Position numbers and translations under genes: made by a program. Positions 16,223 to 25,268 of a stretch of 40,528 bases of DNA are shown piece by piece. Every line of letters starts with the position of its first letter. The stretch's first letter is position 1. Origin of the DNA: a virus (lineage: Duplodnaviria; Caudoviricetes); IMG/VR virus record IMGVR_UViG_3300014656_000053, positions 1-40,528 of that record. The stretch is one strand, 5' to 3'. The notes below the pieces were generated by a model. It worked only from the letters and a program-made list of their open reading frames with translations. It was not told the origin of the DNA and did no database searches.

Positions 16223-18049
16223 TTAGGGATAAATAGCCCAATTTCTTTCTCTTTTAATCCAGAAAGTAAAATCGTCATCGTCTGATATTGCGGCAAGCGT
16301 CAGCAAGCTGTAAGTCGTATCAATCGTCGGAACGGCTATATTCGCCCCGTTTCGCTTTGCTTTAAGAATGGATGCCGAAGAGATTAACATTTCGGGAATA
16401 GCGACTTTGTTATTGATGCCCACAACAACGCTATCCCCCGACCCCGTTCCGGTTCTGGCGTAAATCTGAACAAAAGATATAACCGAAAAGGCGGCTGCCG
16501 TTTGAGAGGCCCAACCATTTCCGGCGTGAAGGTCAACCAGATTGCTTTTCAGAGAGCCAAACTGGTCGTAACCATAAACCTGAACTTGCATTACTGTAAA
16601 ATTAGTATGAGTAACGGCGGCCACAGATACGATTCTTGGAATATCTAATTGATTTATGTCAGAATGAGCGGTTTGAATCGTCTCACCCGCGTTGAGGGTA
16701 TAAACAAAATCAGTATCAAGCTCTTTAATATCAGTAATATGAAATACGTTCAAACTGTTGATTTTCGTAGATGTCGAGCCGGTTACATATAACTTGCCGG
16801 AAGTATACCTATTGCCTTCAACGTTACCGCTGTAACAAGTCGCACCAAGATAGAGCCAGTAAAGACAGTTTCTTATAGTATTGTTTGTGATGTTGAACGT
16901 CTTAATATATTCCAGCAGGATTCCCGATTGAGATTCCATAGTGTTTATGTCATTACCGCTTATATCAAGACCCTGAGTATATTTGCTGTCGGTTGCTGTG
17001 CTTCTTATACCGGAAGCCCCCTTGAAGTTAGTAATTGTATTGTCCCTAATCGAGATGTTTTGTGAGGGGTGAATATAAGCCGCCGCCGCATTTATACCTA
17101 TCCCTCCCTGCTTGGCGTTGGTAATGTAATTCTGATAAACATCCATATTAGAACAGCCGAGCAGTGAGATATTCTTCGACAGCGGCGGATTGCCTCCAAT
17201 TAAACCACAATTATCCACCCAGTTATTATGGACAGAGCCGCTTGCCATATCCGCCATTGTAATTCCCGACCAGCCGCAATCTTTTACATAGCAGTTTTTG
17301 ATTTCGCCGTTGTGGGAATATTCGATGGCACAGCCCTCGTCTTTCGCCCTCATCATATGAACGCCGTCAATGACAAGATTGTAGCTGAGATTCGGATCGG
17401 TGGCATATCCGTTCATCATAACCGCCTTGTTGACGGTTGTGGCGTCTCCATAGTAATTGCAATCAATATTACCGCCCCTGATAGTAACATTGTAATTTGC
17501 CTGACCTCCGATGCCTACTCCCTGCCTTACGGGGTCGCAATGTTGGTAAGATTCGCCGTTGGCATCAACGATAATCCAGGTGCCCGGACTCATATCAAGA
17601 ATGCAGTTATTGCAGTCCATAAAAATGCCGTAGTTGTTTACCGATATATTGTTAATGAGAAAAGTTCCGTCAGACAATATAACACGGGTATTGCAGTCAA
17701 CCACGCCGGTGATTGTATCCTGGTCTGCTATGCCGTCGCATATAACATCAGCGGCATTTTTCCAGTCATCACTCGCATCATAAGCCGCAACAACGACAGT
17801 TGCGGTTCTCGTAGATGCGTCCCACTTGGCCCTGTCTGCCGCTGATGGCGAGATATTAGTCCCCGTAATCGCCGAGCAGTTCCCCGCGAGCAGCAGCAGG
17901 ACGGTTGCATAAGCCAAAATCTTGTTTCCCGCCCTGGGGGCCGGGACTACGTTGCACTCCGCCTTGCGGGACTTCGCCCTGGTTCCCAGGACTTCATTAC
18001 ATTCCGCTACGTTACGCCCCGGAAGCCGGGACTCCATTTCATTCCGCAT
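16223..18049 (-). CDS. Right-handed parallel beta-helix (pectin-lyase-like) protein with signal-like segment
   Basis: AADVICDGIADQDTI...LSDGTF motif; Asn-ladder repeats; KILAYATVLLLLAGNCSA. Confidence 0.85.
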   Translation of the reverse strand: MRNEMESRLPGRNVAECNEVLGTRAKSRKAECNVVPAPRAGNKILAYATVLLLLAGNCSAITGTNISPSAADRAKWDASTRTATVVVAAYDASDDWKNAADVICDGIADQDTITGVVDCNTRVILSDGTFLINNISVNNYGIFMDCNNCILDMSPGTWIIVDANGESYQHCDPVRQGVGIGGQANYNVTIRGGNIDCNYYGDATTVNKAVMMNGYATDPNLSYNLVIDGVHMMRAKDEGCAIEYSHNGEIKNCYVKDCGWSGITMADMASGSVHNNWVDNCGLIGGNPPLSKNISLLGCSNMDVYQNYITNAKQGGIGINAAAAYIHPSQNISIRDNTITNFKGASGIRSTATDSKYTQGLDISGNDINTMESQSGILLEYIKTFNITNNTIRNCLYWLYLGATCYSGNVEGNRYTSGKLYVTGSTSTKINSLNVFHITDIKELDTDFVYTLNAGETIQTAHSDINQLDIPRIVSVAAVTHTNFTVMQVQVYGYDQFGSLKSNLVDLHAGNGWASQTAAAFSVISFVQIYARTGTGSGDSVVVGINNKVAIPEMLISSASILKAKRNGANIAVPTIDTTYSLLTLAAISDDDDFTFWIKRERNWAIYP

Positions 18050-18050
18050 T

Positions 18051-18857
18051 TCAATTCTTCCTCATTAAGACCTTTTTATTGTAATTGAGCTCTTCCGTCC
18101 CCGCCCCGCCGTTATACAGGAAGGCAATCTCGTCTGTTGACAGCGCCTTATTGAAAATCATTACGTTGTCGAGAGCACCCTTAAAAAATGATACTGGTGT
18201 ATCGTCATCATTCATTGCACCAATAAAGGGATTCAAACTGGAAGTATAATCAGCGAGAATAACATCACCACTAACTTCTGCTCTTAAAGAACCGTTTACA
18301 TAAAGAACAAGAGCAGCTATTGTGGGAGTCATTTGTGTTACTATTATAGTAACCATCTTCCAGTCATTTTGACCGTCAGTGAAAGACGGATTATTTTCTG
18401 TTATATCCAGAGAAGGCCCGTTTGCAATATAAACACCACCAATTTTTCCGTCAGAACCTATAAAATAAGTTACTTCGTTACCAGGAAGAACAGATGAATA
18501 TGCGGAGAATAGAAACTGAAGCAGTCCTCTACCATCGTATACTTTCACCCACAGATTTATCGAGAAACTATTCTGCCATATCGTCTGAAAAGAATTGTTG
18601 GTATCTATATAATCACTTGTCCCGTTGAACACCATCGCCCCGCCGACTTTGCCCTCTGTTGCCATATCGCAGGTGTCCCGAACCGATGTTCCGTTTGAGA
18701 AGCCCTGCGAATCGACGACCACCGTAGACGCGGCGGCGTCGTTCATCATCCACTGTGCTATGCAGTTCGGCTCAAGGTCAACCGCCTTGGCCAGTCCCGA
18801 CATGAGTGCGAACCATAGCGCTATTACCGTTATTAAACCCGCGTATCTCAGTTTCAT
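18051..18857 (-). CDS. LamG/concanavalin-A-like domain protein with signal peptide
   Basis: FNGTSDYI, FSINLWVK, LYVNG, FKGALDNVMIFNKALSTDEIAFLYN. Confidence 0.9.
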   Translation of the reverse strand: MKLRYAGLITVIALWFALMSGLAKAVDLEPNCIAQWMMNDAAASTVVVDSQGFSNGTSVRDTCDMATEGKVGGAMVFNGTSDYIDTNNSFQTIWQNSFSINLWVKVYDGRGLLQFLFSAYSSVLPGNEVTYFIGSDGKIGGVYIANGPSLDITENNPSFTDGQNDWKMVTIIVTQMTPTIAALVLYVNGSLRAEVSGDVILADYTSSLNPFIGAMNDDDTPVSFFKGALDNVMIFNKALSTDEIAFLYNGGAGTEELNYNKKVLMRKN

Positions 18858-18870
18858 TTTGTCGCTCCTT

Positions 18871-19212
18871 TTACTCGTTATTCTCGAACTGCAGCTTATA
18901 GAGCTTGCATATTCCTTTTTGAACGCAGTCCTCGCATCCCGTCGGGAACTTGCACGCCGCCCGGATATTGTCCACCATCTGTTTTTGCAGTGTTTTTAAT
19001 TCGTTGGTTTTTTTATTGTCGGATTTCGCCACCTTCCAGATGAACCCGGCCGTCGCCAGCAGCGAGACGATATAGACTGGCAGGGATATATAGATCTGCT
19101 CGTAGCCGACCCTGTTTCCGCCGACTGCCTTCTCCAGCCCGTCGGCCAGTACAACCGTCGAGCACAGCATGATGATGAAGCTGATTACCTCTAATATCCT
19201 GACTATTCTCAT
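18871..19212 (-). CDS. Small membrane protein (possible holin-like)
   Basis: Two hydrophobic segments and a Cys-containing tail. Confidence 0.55.
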   Translation of the reverse strand: MRIVRILEVISFIIMLCSTVVLADGLEKAVGGNRVGYEQIYISLPVYIVSLLATAGFIWKVAKSDNKKTNELKTLQKQMVDNIRAACKFPTGCEDCVQKGICKLYKLQFENNE

Positions 19213-19320
19213 TTCATTTCTCCAGCCAGTTACCCCGTTAGATAACCAATCCACAAAACGGGACCAACCTCATCTTGTCCAAATTCGTTGACCAAATATC
19301 TGGTTATCATCTTTTATCTC

Positions 19321-19432
19321 ACGGGGCGAGTTATGCGCCCCGTCTTCGTTTGCGCTTCGCCGGGCAGGCCGAAAGGGGGCGGTCCTTCGCCCCCTTTAGG
19401 TGTCCCATCCCCGGTAAGCGTCTCGGGGACAG
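19321..19432 (-). terminator. Hairpin cluster downstream of the capsid gene (probable terminator/attenuator)
   Basis: Stems ACGGGGCG/CGCCCCGT, AAAGGGGGCG/CGCCCCTTT and TCCCCG/CGGGGA. Confidence 0.5.
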
Positions 19433-19452
19433 GCAGACGCAAAACCCCGTGC

Positions 19453-20409
19453 CTATGAAAGTGTCGCGTGTGCCGCGTATTGCCAGTAGCCGTACCCGAC
19501 GTTGCTTATTCTTTTGATGCCGTACAGATGCCTGTTGTTTTTGAACTCCTCTTCGGACCCTTCCGCCAGCGCCGATACACTCATCGGCTCCTCTTCCTGA
19601 ACGATGAAGGGTTTGGCCGGCGCATCCGTCCTGAAAGTTACGAACTGTGTCGTATAGGTCAGCCGGGAATTGGCCGCGATGGAGATATTGAACCCGTCCG
19701 CCTTCAGGGCGACTATGGCATTGGTCTCGCCCGAGGTAACTACCGGCTGGATAATGCCCTGGGCAAGCTGCGCCCAGAGCACTGGCGCCGTCATTACGAG
19801 GAACTCTCTGGCGTTATCATTCATCGGCTCGCCCTGGTCGTCCTTATAGGTAAGCATATATGCGACGACTCCCAGTATGGCCTTGGTCGCCTCAGCCGAC
19901 GTTGGCGCCGTCGCCGTAGTGACATCCAGAGCAGGAACCTGTGCCGCCGCTAAGAGGTTCAACTGCGTGCCTGAATCGCCTTCCGAATGGTCCGTATCGA
20001 AGAAATACTGGCCATCATAGCACAGCCCGCTGGTTGCGCCCGTCCCGTTTGCGATAAGCGTGCTCAGGAGCTTGGCATCGTGTTCGATTGCCCTCTTTGC
20101 CAGCTCGGAGATACGGACGGCGATTTGGCCCGTCTTATCGCGTCGAATCCAGTCAACGAGGATTTCGAGCGTCGCCTCCCAGGTTTTGTTTGTTATGGTC
20201 AGTCCGTTTTCCCTGAAGCCTTTTGCCTGTCTGCCGCCGATCCATTCCCGCAGCGCCGGGACCATGCCGAGCCATTTATACGTCTCGGACTCCTGGTCGC
20301 TGTTCATCATCATGGCGATTCGACCGACCCAGCTCTGTCCCGTCGCCGCCTCGAGCGCGGCATAAAACTTGCCGATAATCGCCCTTGAACCCAGTCCTGA
20401 TGCTCCCAT
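19453..20409 (-). CDS. Major capsid protein, Mu gpT-like family
   Basis: ETYKWLGMVPALREWIGGRQ, CYDGQYFFDTDH, NVGYGYWQ. Confidence 0.92.
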   Translation of the reverse strand: MGASGLGSRAIIGKFYAALEAATGQSWVGRIAMMMNSDQESETYKWLGMVPALREWIGGRQAKGFRENGLTITNKTWEATLEILVDWIRRDKTGQIAVRISELAKRAIEHDAKLLSTLIANGTGATSGLCYDGQYFFDTDHSEGDSGTQLNLLAAAQVPALDVTTATAPTSAEATKAILGVVAYMLTYKDDQGEPMNDNAREFLVMTAPVLWAQLAQGIIQPVVTSGETNAIVALKADGFNISIAANSRLTYTTQFVTFRTDAPAKPFIVQEEEPMSVSALAEGSEEEFKNNRHLYGIKRISNVGYGYWQYAAHATLS

Positions 20410-20624
20410 TTGTCTATCCTTTCATTCTCGATACTCGATACTCGATTCTTGTTTCTCGATCTCCTGCCCTGCGTAGCCCGTTGGCAAAGCGCCCGAAGCG
20501 GGCAGGTCGATACTCATGCGGGCAACAAAAATCGGTCCCGACAGACCTTTTTTTGCTCTTGCGTCCCCGCCGCCGTGCCCGGCCTTGGGAAACCCGTTTA
20601 TTCACATTTCAAATTAGCCGCCTT

Positions 20625-21419
20625 TTACTCGCTTGCCCAGGTTCCGCGAATGTTCTTGATATTCCAGCCGGTCGTCCCGTTACTGACGACCGTAATGAAG
20701 TCGCCGCGCCTGGCCGTCGCCGCGGTGTTAGAGATTTTGTGGCCGTCCGCGTTGGCCGCCACGCCGGCCCCGCCGGCGAGCAGGTCCCCGCTATTGGGGT
20801 CAACTGAAATAAGCACCAGGCCATCGCCGCCCGCGTTGACAATCGTGAGCTCCTGGCCGGCTAACGCCTCCGTCAAGGTCTCCAGTGTAATGGTCTTGGC
20901 AGTTGTATCGACGTAGATGATTTTTCCGCCGTCGGTGATGAGCGTGGTGTAGTCGTCCGATTTGAGGATCCTCTCGCGGACATTGCCGAACTCATCTTCC
21001 TCGCCCGGCCGGAACTCTACTATTGCCGTTGTCGAGGTCAGGTATCGTATCACCTGCCCGACGTAGGTGTTTCTCGCGCTCGTACCCGCCCCGACAAGCG
21101 TCAGGACCGAGTCGTCCGAGGCGTATACCGGCTGGCCCACGTCGGTTATAAGGACCGATGCGAGCGTCGCCTCGAGCCGGTACCGGCCCGACCGCAGGCG
21201 TATGTTCTTCGCCCCCGCCGCGTGCCCTGTTCCGGTATTGTCAACCTTCTCGACCGCGTGCCCGAGGAACCTGTCGCCCGCCACAAGGGGCCTGCCGTAC
21301 CCGGCCCCGTCCTCACCGACCATCGCCCCTTCATAGACAATATCATTGTCCAGTATAGGAACGGAACTGAACTCGCCCAGCGATGTTTTCACCGGGGTAT
21401 CTGCCGCTAAAGTCGCCAT
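20625..21419 (-). CDS. Head decoration / capsid cement protein with C-terminal extension
   Basis: VYEGAMV, DVGQPVYASDD motifs; immediately upstream of the capsid gene. Confidence 0.75.
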   Translation of the reverse strand: MATLAADTPVKTSLGEFSSVPILDNDIVYEGAMVGEDGAGYGRPLVAGDRFLGHAVEKVDNTGTGHAAGAKNIRLRSGRYRLEATLASVLITDVGQPVYASDDSVLTLVGAGTSARNTYVGQVIRYLTSTTAIVEFRPGEEDEFGNVRERILKSDDYTTLITDGGKIIYVDTTAKTITLETLTEALAGQELTIVNAGGDGLVLISVDPNSGDLLAGGAGVAANADGHKISNTAATARRGDFITVVSNGTTGWNIKNIRGTWASE

Positions 21420-21521
21420 TGTTTATCCCTTTCAAATTCTCGATACTTGATTCTTGATACTCGTTTATCCCTTGAGATGGCGCTTCGCCCATCTAACGGG
21501 GCCTATCTGTGTAATCTGTGG

Positions 21522-21866
21522 TTATCTTACGGTGCCGAATTTTTTTATCGCCTCATCGGCGATTGCTGCCCGTGCCTTATCGCCCGCGCCCGCGGCCCTT
21601 TGCCGGTAGTTCATCAGGCAATCGACTGCCGCCGGGTCGTCCATTTTCAGGACGAAGGGCCTCGCGGCCGGGTCGATTCTTGGGTCTTTACTGACCTTCA
21701 TATAGTGCCTTACGACCCCGTCTACGAACGGGTCCGACCCTGCTATCGTGAACATCGGCACCTTCTCCTTTTCCGAAATCTTCGGCTGCGGAGGAGGCGG
21801 CGGTGATACTTGTTTTTCCTCGGAAGCCGAGACTCCGCTGCGCTGCGCTGTTTCTTTGCTTGCCAT
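21522..21866 (-). CDS. Hypothetical protein (start MASKET)
   Basis: GAAGGA RBS; FVLKMDDPAA motif; palindromic insert near the N-terminus. Confidence 0.6.
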   Translation of the reverse strand: MASKETAQRSGVSASEEKQVSPPPPPQPKISEKEKVPMFTIAGSDPFVDGVVRHYMKVSKDPRIDPAARPFVLKMDDPAAVDCLMNYRQRAAGAGDKARAAIADEAIKKFGTVR

Positions 21867-21936
21867 TTTCAATTCCTTCAAAAATTTTGCCCTGAGAAAT
21901 TTTTGTTCCCGCAGGTATTTAGCGGGCCACAAGCGT

Positions 21937-23082
21937 TTATTCGCTCTTCTTTATCCTGATGCGGTCCTCGTTCTTCTTGAAGGCGACATATGCATCCTTG
22001 TCGCCGCCGAACTCTTCCTGCAGCTTCTTCGACTCGTCGTACTCTTTTGCCCAGCCCTCTTCGGTTGTCGCGGCCACTTTGCCCTTGTTGTTTTCAGCAC
22101 CGGCATCGTCCGAGAACGCCGCTATCGCCGGGTCGGTCTTCGCCTTCGTCTCGGCTGCCTTTTTCGCCTGCTCTGCGAGGTCGGCGTTCTTCTGTTCGAG
22201 CTTCGCGGTATAGGCCGTCATTGCCGCCTCGAGGGTAGCGCCCGCCTTGAACTGCTCGATGCAGAACGCAGGGTCTTTGCCGAACCTTTTGGCGAACTCG
22301 GCGAACTGCTCGCGGGCCTCTCTGCCGCCTTCGGTTTTGCCCTCGGCCTTCGCGGCCATCTGTATCTGGCCGAGCAGCTCCGGGTATTCGGCTGCGAATG
22401 TCTCGGCCGTCAGCTTTGTTTTTGTCTCCATTTCGATAGTCCTTTCAATTAAGTCGAATTTCACGTCTCGGTCTTTGTCGAAGACCTCGCCGCTCGTTTC
22501 GTTATCCGCGCCGAGGCAGCACAAGCTGACCTCGTATATAGTCGATTTGCGAAAGACCGTCCCGGGCCCGTCTAATTGCTGGCCGTTGACCATAACGCTT
22601 GCACCCTGCTCCACCCGTTCGATAACCGCAGGCACGTTATAGACCGAGGCCTGCATCGGGAATCCCTCGACCATGTCCTTCCTGATTTTCTGTGCCGGCT
22701 CGCTCGACAGGAACTTTCCCTCCACCACAACCGACTCGGCCACCTCCTGCATCGTCGTGAACCCTAATCGTATGCTCCTTGCGTGCTCTTCGAGGATGGG
22801 CGTCTTTTTCTTGTCGAACTTGATGCCCTGCAGGTCGAAGGCGAGATTGCCCCAGTACCAGTGGTTGACGATAATCTGGCCGGAATAAGCCACGATTCTG
22901 AACCGCTGATTATTAGCGCCTTCATCGTCTGTGAACCCGATAATTGATGTCTCCCGGAACACGCAGGCGTTCGACGGAGCGGAGCGGAGTCCCGCCTTGC
23001 GGGGCGGTGCGGAATGAAATGTAGCCCCGGCTTCCGGGGTCGTTTCTCTGTCCTGTTCTGCTATTGCCGAGTCCATAATCAC
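21937..23082 (-). CDS. Prohead protease/scaffold fusion
   Basis: PILEEH, QASV, EVSLCCLGADNETS; acidic helical C-terminus. Confidence 0.85.
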   Translation of the reverse strand: MIMDSAIAEQDRETTPEAGATFHSAPPRKAGLRSAPSNACVFRETSIIGFTDDEGANNQRFRIVAYSGQIIVNHWYWGNLAFDLQGIKFDKKKTPILEEHARSIRLGFTTMQEVAESVVVEGKFLSSEPAQKIRKDMVEGFPMQASVYNVPAVIERVEQGASVMVNGQQLDGPGTVFRKSTIYEVSLCCLGADNETSGEVFDKDRDVKFDLIERTIEMETKTKLTAETFAAEYPELLGQIQMAAKAEGKTEGGREAREQFAEFAKRFGKDPAFCIEQFKAGATLEAAMTAYTAKLEQKNADLAEQAKKAAETKAKTDPAIAAFSDDAGAENNKGKVAATTEEGWAKEYDESKKLQEEFGGDKDAYVAFKKNEDRIRIKKSE

Positions 23083-23150
23083 GCTCCTTTACCCCGTGAG
23101 ATAACCACTTTTACTTTACCCCGCGGCTCACGAGTTTTTATCTCATGGGG

Positions 23151-24611
23151 TCAATTCGTTATCTGTATCTTTCCCACCGTCTGCGCCGTCACATCCGACA
23201 GTTCTCTATCGTCTAACATCTTTTTCTCTTCCGCCAGTTTTTCAACTATATCTGCAAAATCCGTCCCCTGCCTTGCGCAGACGGCCGTTCTGGTCGTCGT
23301 TGCGTTTTTAAGCTGCTGCTCGTCCGCGATGGCCTCTTTATACGGGTCGACGTAGGGCCATCGCTTGCAGAACACCTCGTGCCTGTTCCAGCCCTCGATT
23401 TCCTTGATGCGGCCGGAGTCGATTAGTTTTCTTATTCCCCACAGCCATATCCGCGAGGCGAGCGGCCGGATTACTATGTTCTGCTCGGCCTCCCACATCT
23501 CCTGCGCCTTTTGGTATGCTATTCGCGCGTTCATAAAGGTCGCACCCGAGTAGTCCAGCGTTATCAGCATAAGCGGTATGCACAGCGGCCGGCCGATTAT
23601 AGTGAGGATTCTCTGTATGAACGGGTCGAACAGCGCGCCCGGCCTGGTCTGCCCGATTCCCGTCGCCTGCTCGCCCGGCTGGCCGTACATAATTGTCCCC
23701 GGCTCTAATTTCTCATGGCGGAAGTTCTGGTCGGTTAGTCCCGTCGATTCCACACCCTGCGTATAGGCCCCGGGTATGTCGCCGTTCTGCTGCGACACGA
23801 ACATACTGAAGCAGGCGTTGACCTTCGCGGCGACTAATTCGGCGTCGATATAGCCGGTAAGATAATCGAGATATTTTATCGAGGGCGTCAGGACCGGCTC
23901 GCCCCTCGAAAAGCTGATGCGCTCGGGATTGAATATGTGATGGACTTTGTCCGCCGGATACTTCTGCCAGGTGTCCGGCTGAATATAGCCCCACTTGTTC
24001 GGCTGGCCGATATAATAGCCGAGAATCATCCTCGTTTTTTTACTGTATGCCACGCCGTTCACTATCTCGAACAGGTCCGGCCTCTGTTTGCCGTAGGGCG
24101 TCCCTATCTGGTCGCCCTCTATCCCCTGCAGTCCGTCGGCGCCGAACAGAATCGCCGCGTCCCCGTCCCTTCGATACGACAGATACCCGATTCTCATCAG
24201 TTGCATCGCGTTGAACCGGCCCGTCACGTCGCACGGCCTGTCCAGCATCGTCTCTGCGTACGCCGCCTCGGTGTCCGCGTTCCAGCTAATGTCATCGGAG
24301 CGGGCCTCGACCTTTGGGCCAGAGCCGATAACACTGTCGCGTTCCGTGCGCAATAGCCCGATCGCCACGGGATTATTGCGAGACAGGTCTCTGGCTATTT
24401 CGCGCAGTTCCGATAATGACCTTTCATCGAGAGTGGCATCTCCCGTCCCCCAGAAGAGCGAGCGTTTCGTCCGCGTCCTGTGCCTGTCGAGTATCTCGTA
24501 GGCGTTGCGAAACGCCTTCCTCTGGCACGCCGCCCGCGTCGATACGATACTTACGAGCGAATCGACCGTCTCGCTGGTCTTTTTTGCGAATTGCGTAAAA
24601 TTAAATCCCAT
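23151..24611 (-). CDS. Portal protein, lambda family
   Basis: ARDLSRNNP, RDGD, RGEP, DYSGATF, VDPYKE motifs. Confidence 0.93.
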   Translation of the reverse strand: MGFNFTQFAKKTSETVDSLVSIVSTRAACQRKAFRNAYEILDRHRTRTKRSLFWGTGDATLDERSLSELREIARDLSRNNPVAIGLLRTERDSVIGSGPKVEARSDDISWNADTEAAYAETMLDRPCDVTGRFNAMQLMRIGYLSYRRDGDAAILFGADGLQGIEGDQIGTPYGKQRPDLFEIVNGVAYSKKTRMILGYYIGQPNKWGYIQPDTWQKYPADKVHHIFNPERISFSRGEPVLTPSIKYLDYLTGYIDAELVAAKVNACFSMFVSQQNGDIPGAYTQGVESTGLTDQNFRHEKLEPGTIMYGQPGEQATGIGQTRPGALFDPFIQRILTIIGRPLCIPLMLITLDYSGATFMNARIAYQKAQEMWEAEQNIVIRPLASRIWLWGIRKLIDSGRIKEIEGWNRHEVFCKRWPYVDPYKEAIADEQQLKNATTTRTAVCARQGTDFADIVEKLAEEKKMLDDRELSDVTAQTVGKIQITN

Positions 24612-24666
24612 CCGCGTTAAAACTCCTTATCCCCCATTGATTTGCAAAACATGGGGGATGGCAGAA

Positions 24667-24864
24667 TTAAAACTCCGCCACCGTTCTTGCCATAGTCCCC
24701 GATTTGCTTATCCTGTTGATTACATCCATTCGCCAGTCCCGCAGCGTCTTGAGGTCCGCCCTGCTGTAGCTTCGGTCCCCTATCTGGATACTCTGCCCCT
24801 TGGTCAGGACGTCCGATATCGCCGTCTCAACCAGCGCCAGTTCTTCCGACAATGTCAGTGCCAT
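24667..24864 (-). CDS. gpW-like head completion protein
   Basis: GQSIQIGDRSYSRADLKTL; between terminase and portal. Confidence 0.8.
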   Translation of the reverse strand: MALTLSEELALVETAISDVLTKGQSIQIGDRSYSRADLKTLRDWRMDVINRISKSGTMARTVAEF

Positions 24865-24870
24865 GACTGT

Positions 24871-24900
24871 ATTATCGGGAATAGCCCGTTATCGCGGCAA
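24871..24900 (-). promoter_or_regulatory. Putative late promoter, probably leaderless
   Basis: TTGCCG-N18-GATAAT ending 6 nt before the gpW-like ATG; no SD. Confidence 0.4.
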
Positions 24901-24958
24901 GGGCGTGATTTATATAAAATAGAAAAGACCTCGAAATTCTTTTCCGTGTAATGTGTGA

Positions 24959-25201
24959 TTATTTCTCGACTGATTTGAAGTTAAATCCACATTCCCGGCA
25001 TTTGTGATATCTTATCGGCAGGTTTGCGCTGTTCGTTACCGGGCAGTTAGTGCTTTTGCAGCACGGGCATCTGACCTTCATATAGATTACCGGCCTCGCA
25101 ACCGGCTCAATCTTGGCGGTGGCGGGCTTGTCCCGCCTCGCCCGCGGAGCGGGCGAGGCGGGAAGGTCGATATTCGGAATGTCGTCTAAGAATCCGCTCA
25201 T
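24959..25201 (-). CDS. Ogr/Delta-like zinc-finger protein
   Basis: CPCCKS...RYHKCRECGFNFKSVE. Confidence 0.75.
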   Translation of the reverse strand: MSGFLDDIPNIDLPASPAPRARRDKPATAKIEPVARPVIYMKVRCPCCKSTNCPVTNSANLPIRYHKCRECGFNFKSVEK

Positions 25202-25268
25202 AAATTCGATTCTCGATCCTCGATTCTCGTCCCTCGAGCATCCAGTATCGAGTATCCAGTATCACTCT

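Noticed and set aside
20414-20605. 63-aa ORF between decoration and capsid genes
   Set aside because: Largely hairpin and heptamer repeat sequence with a weak start context
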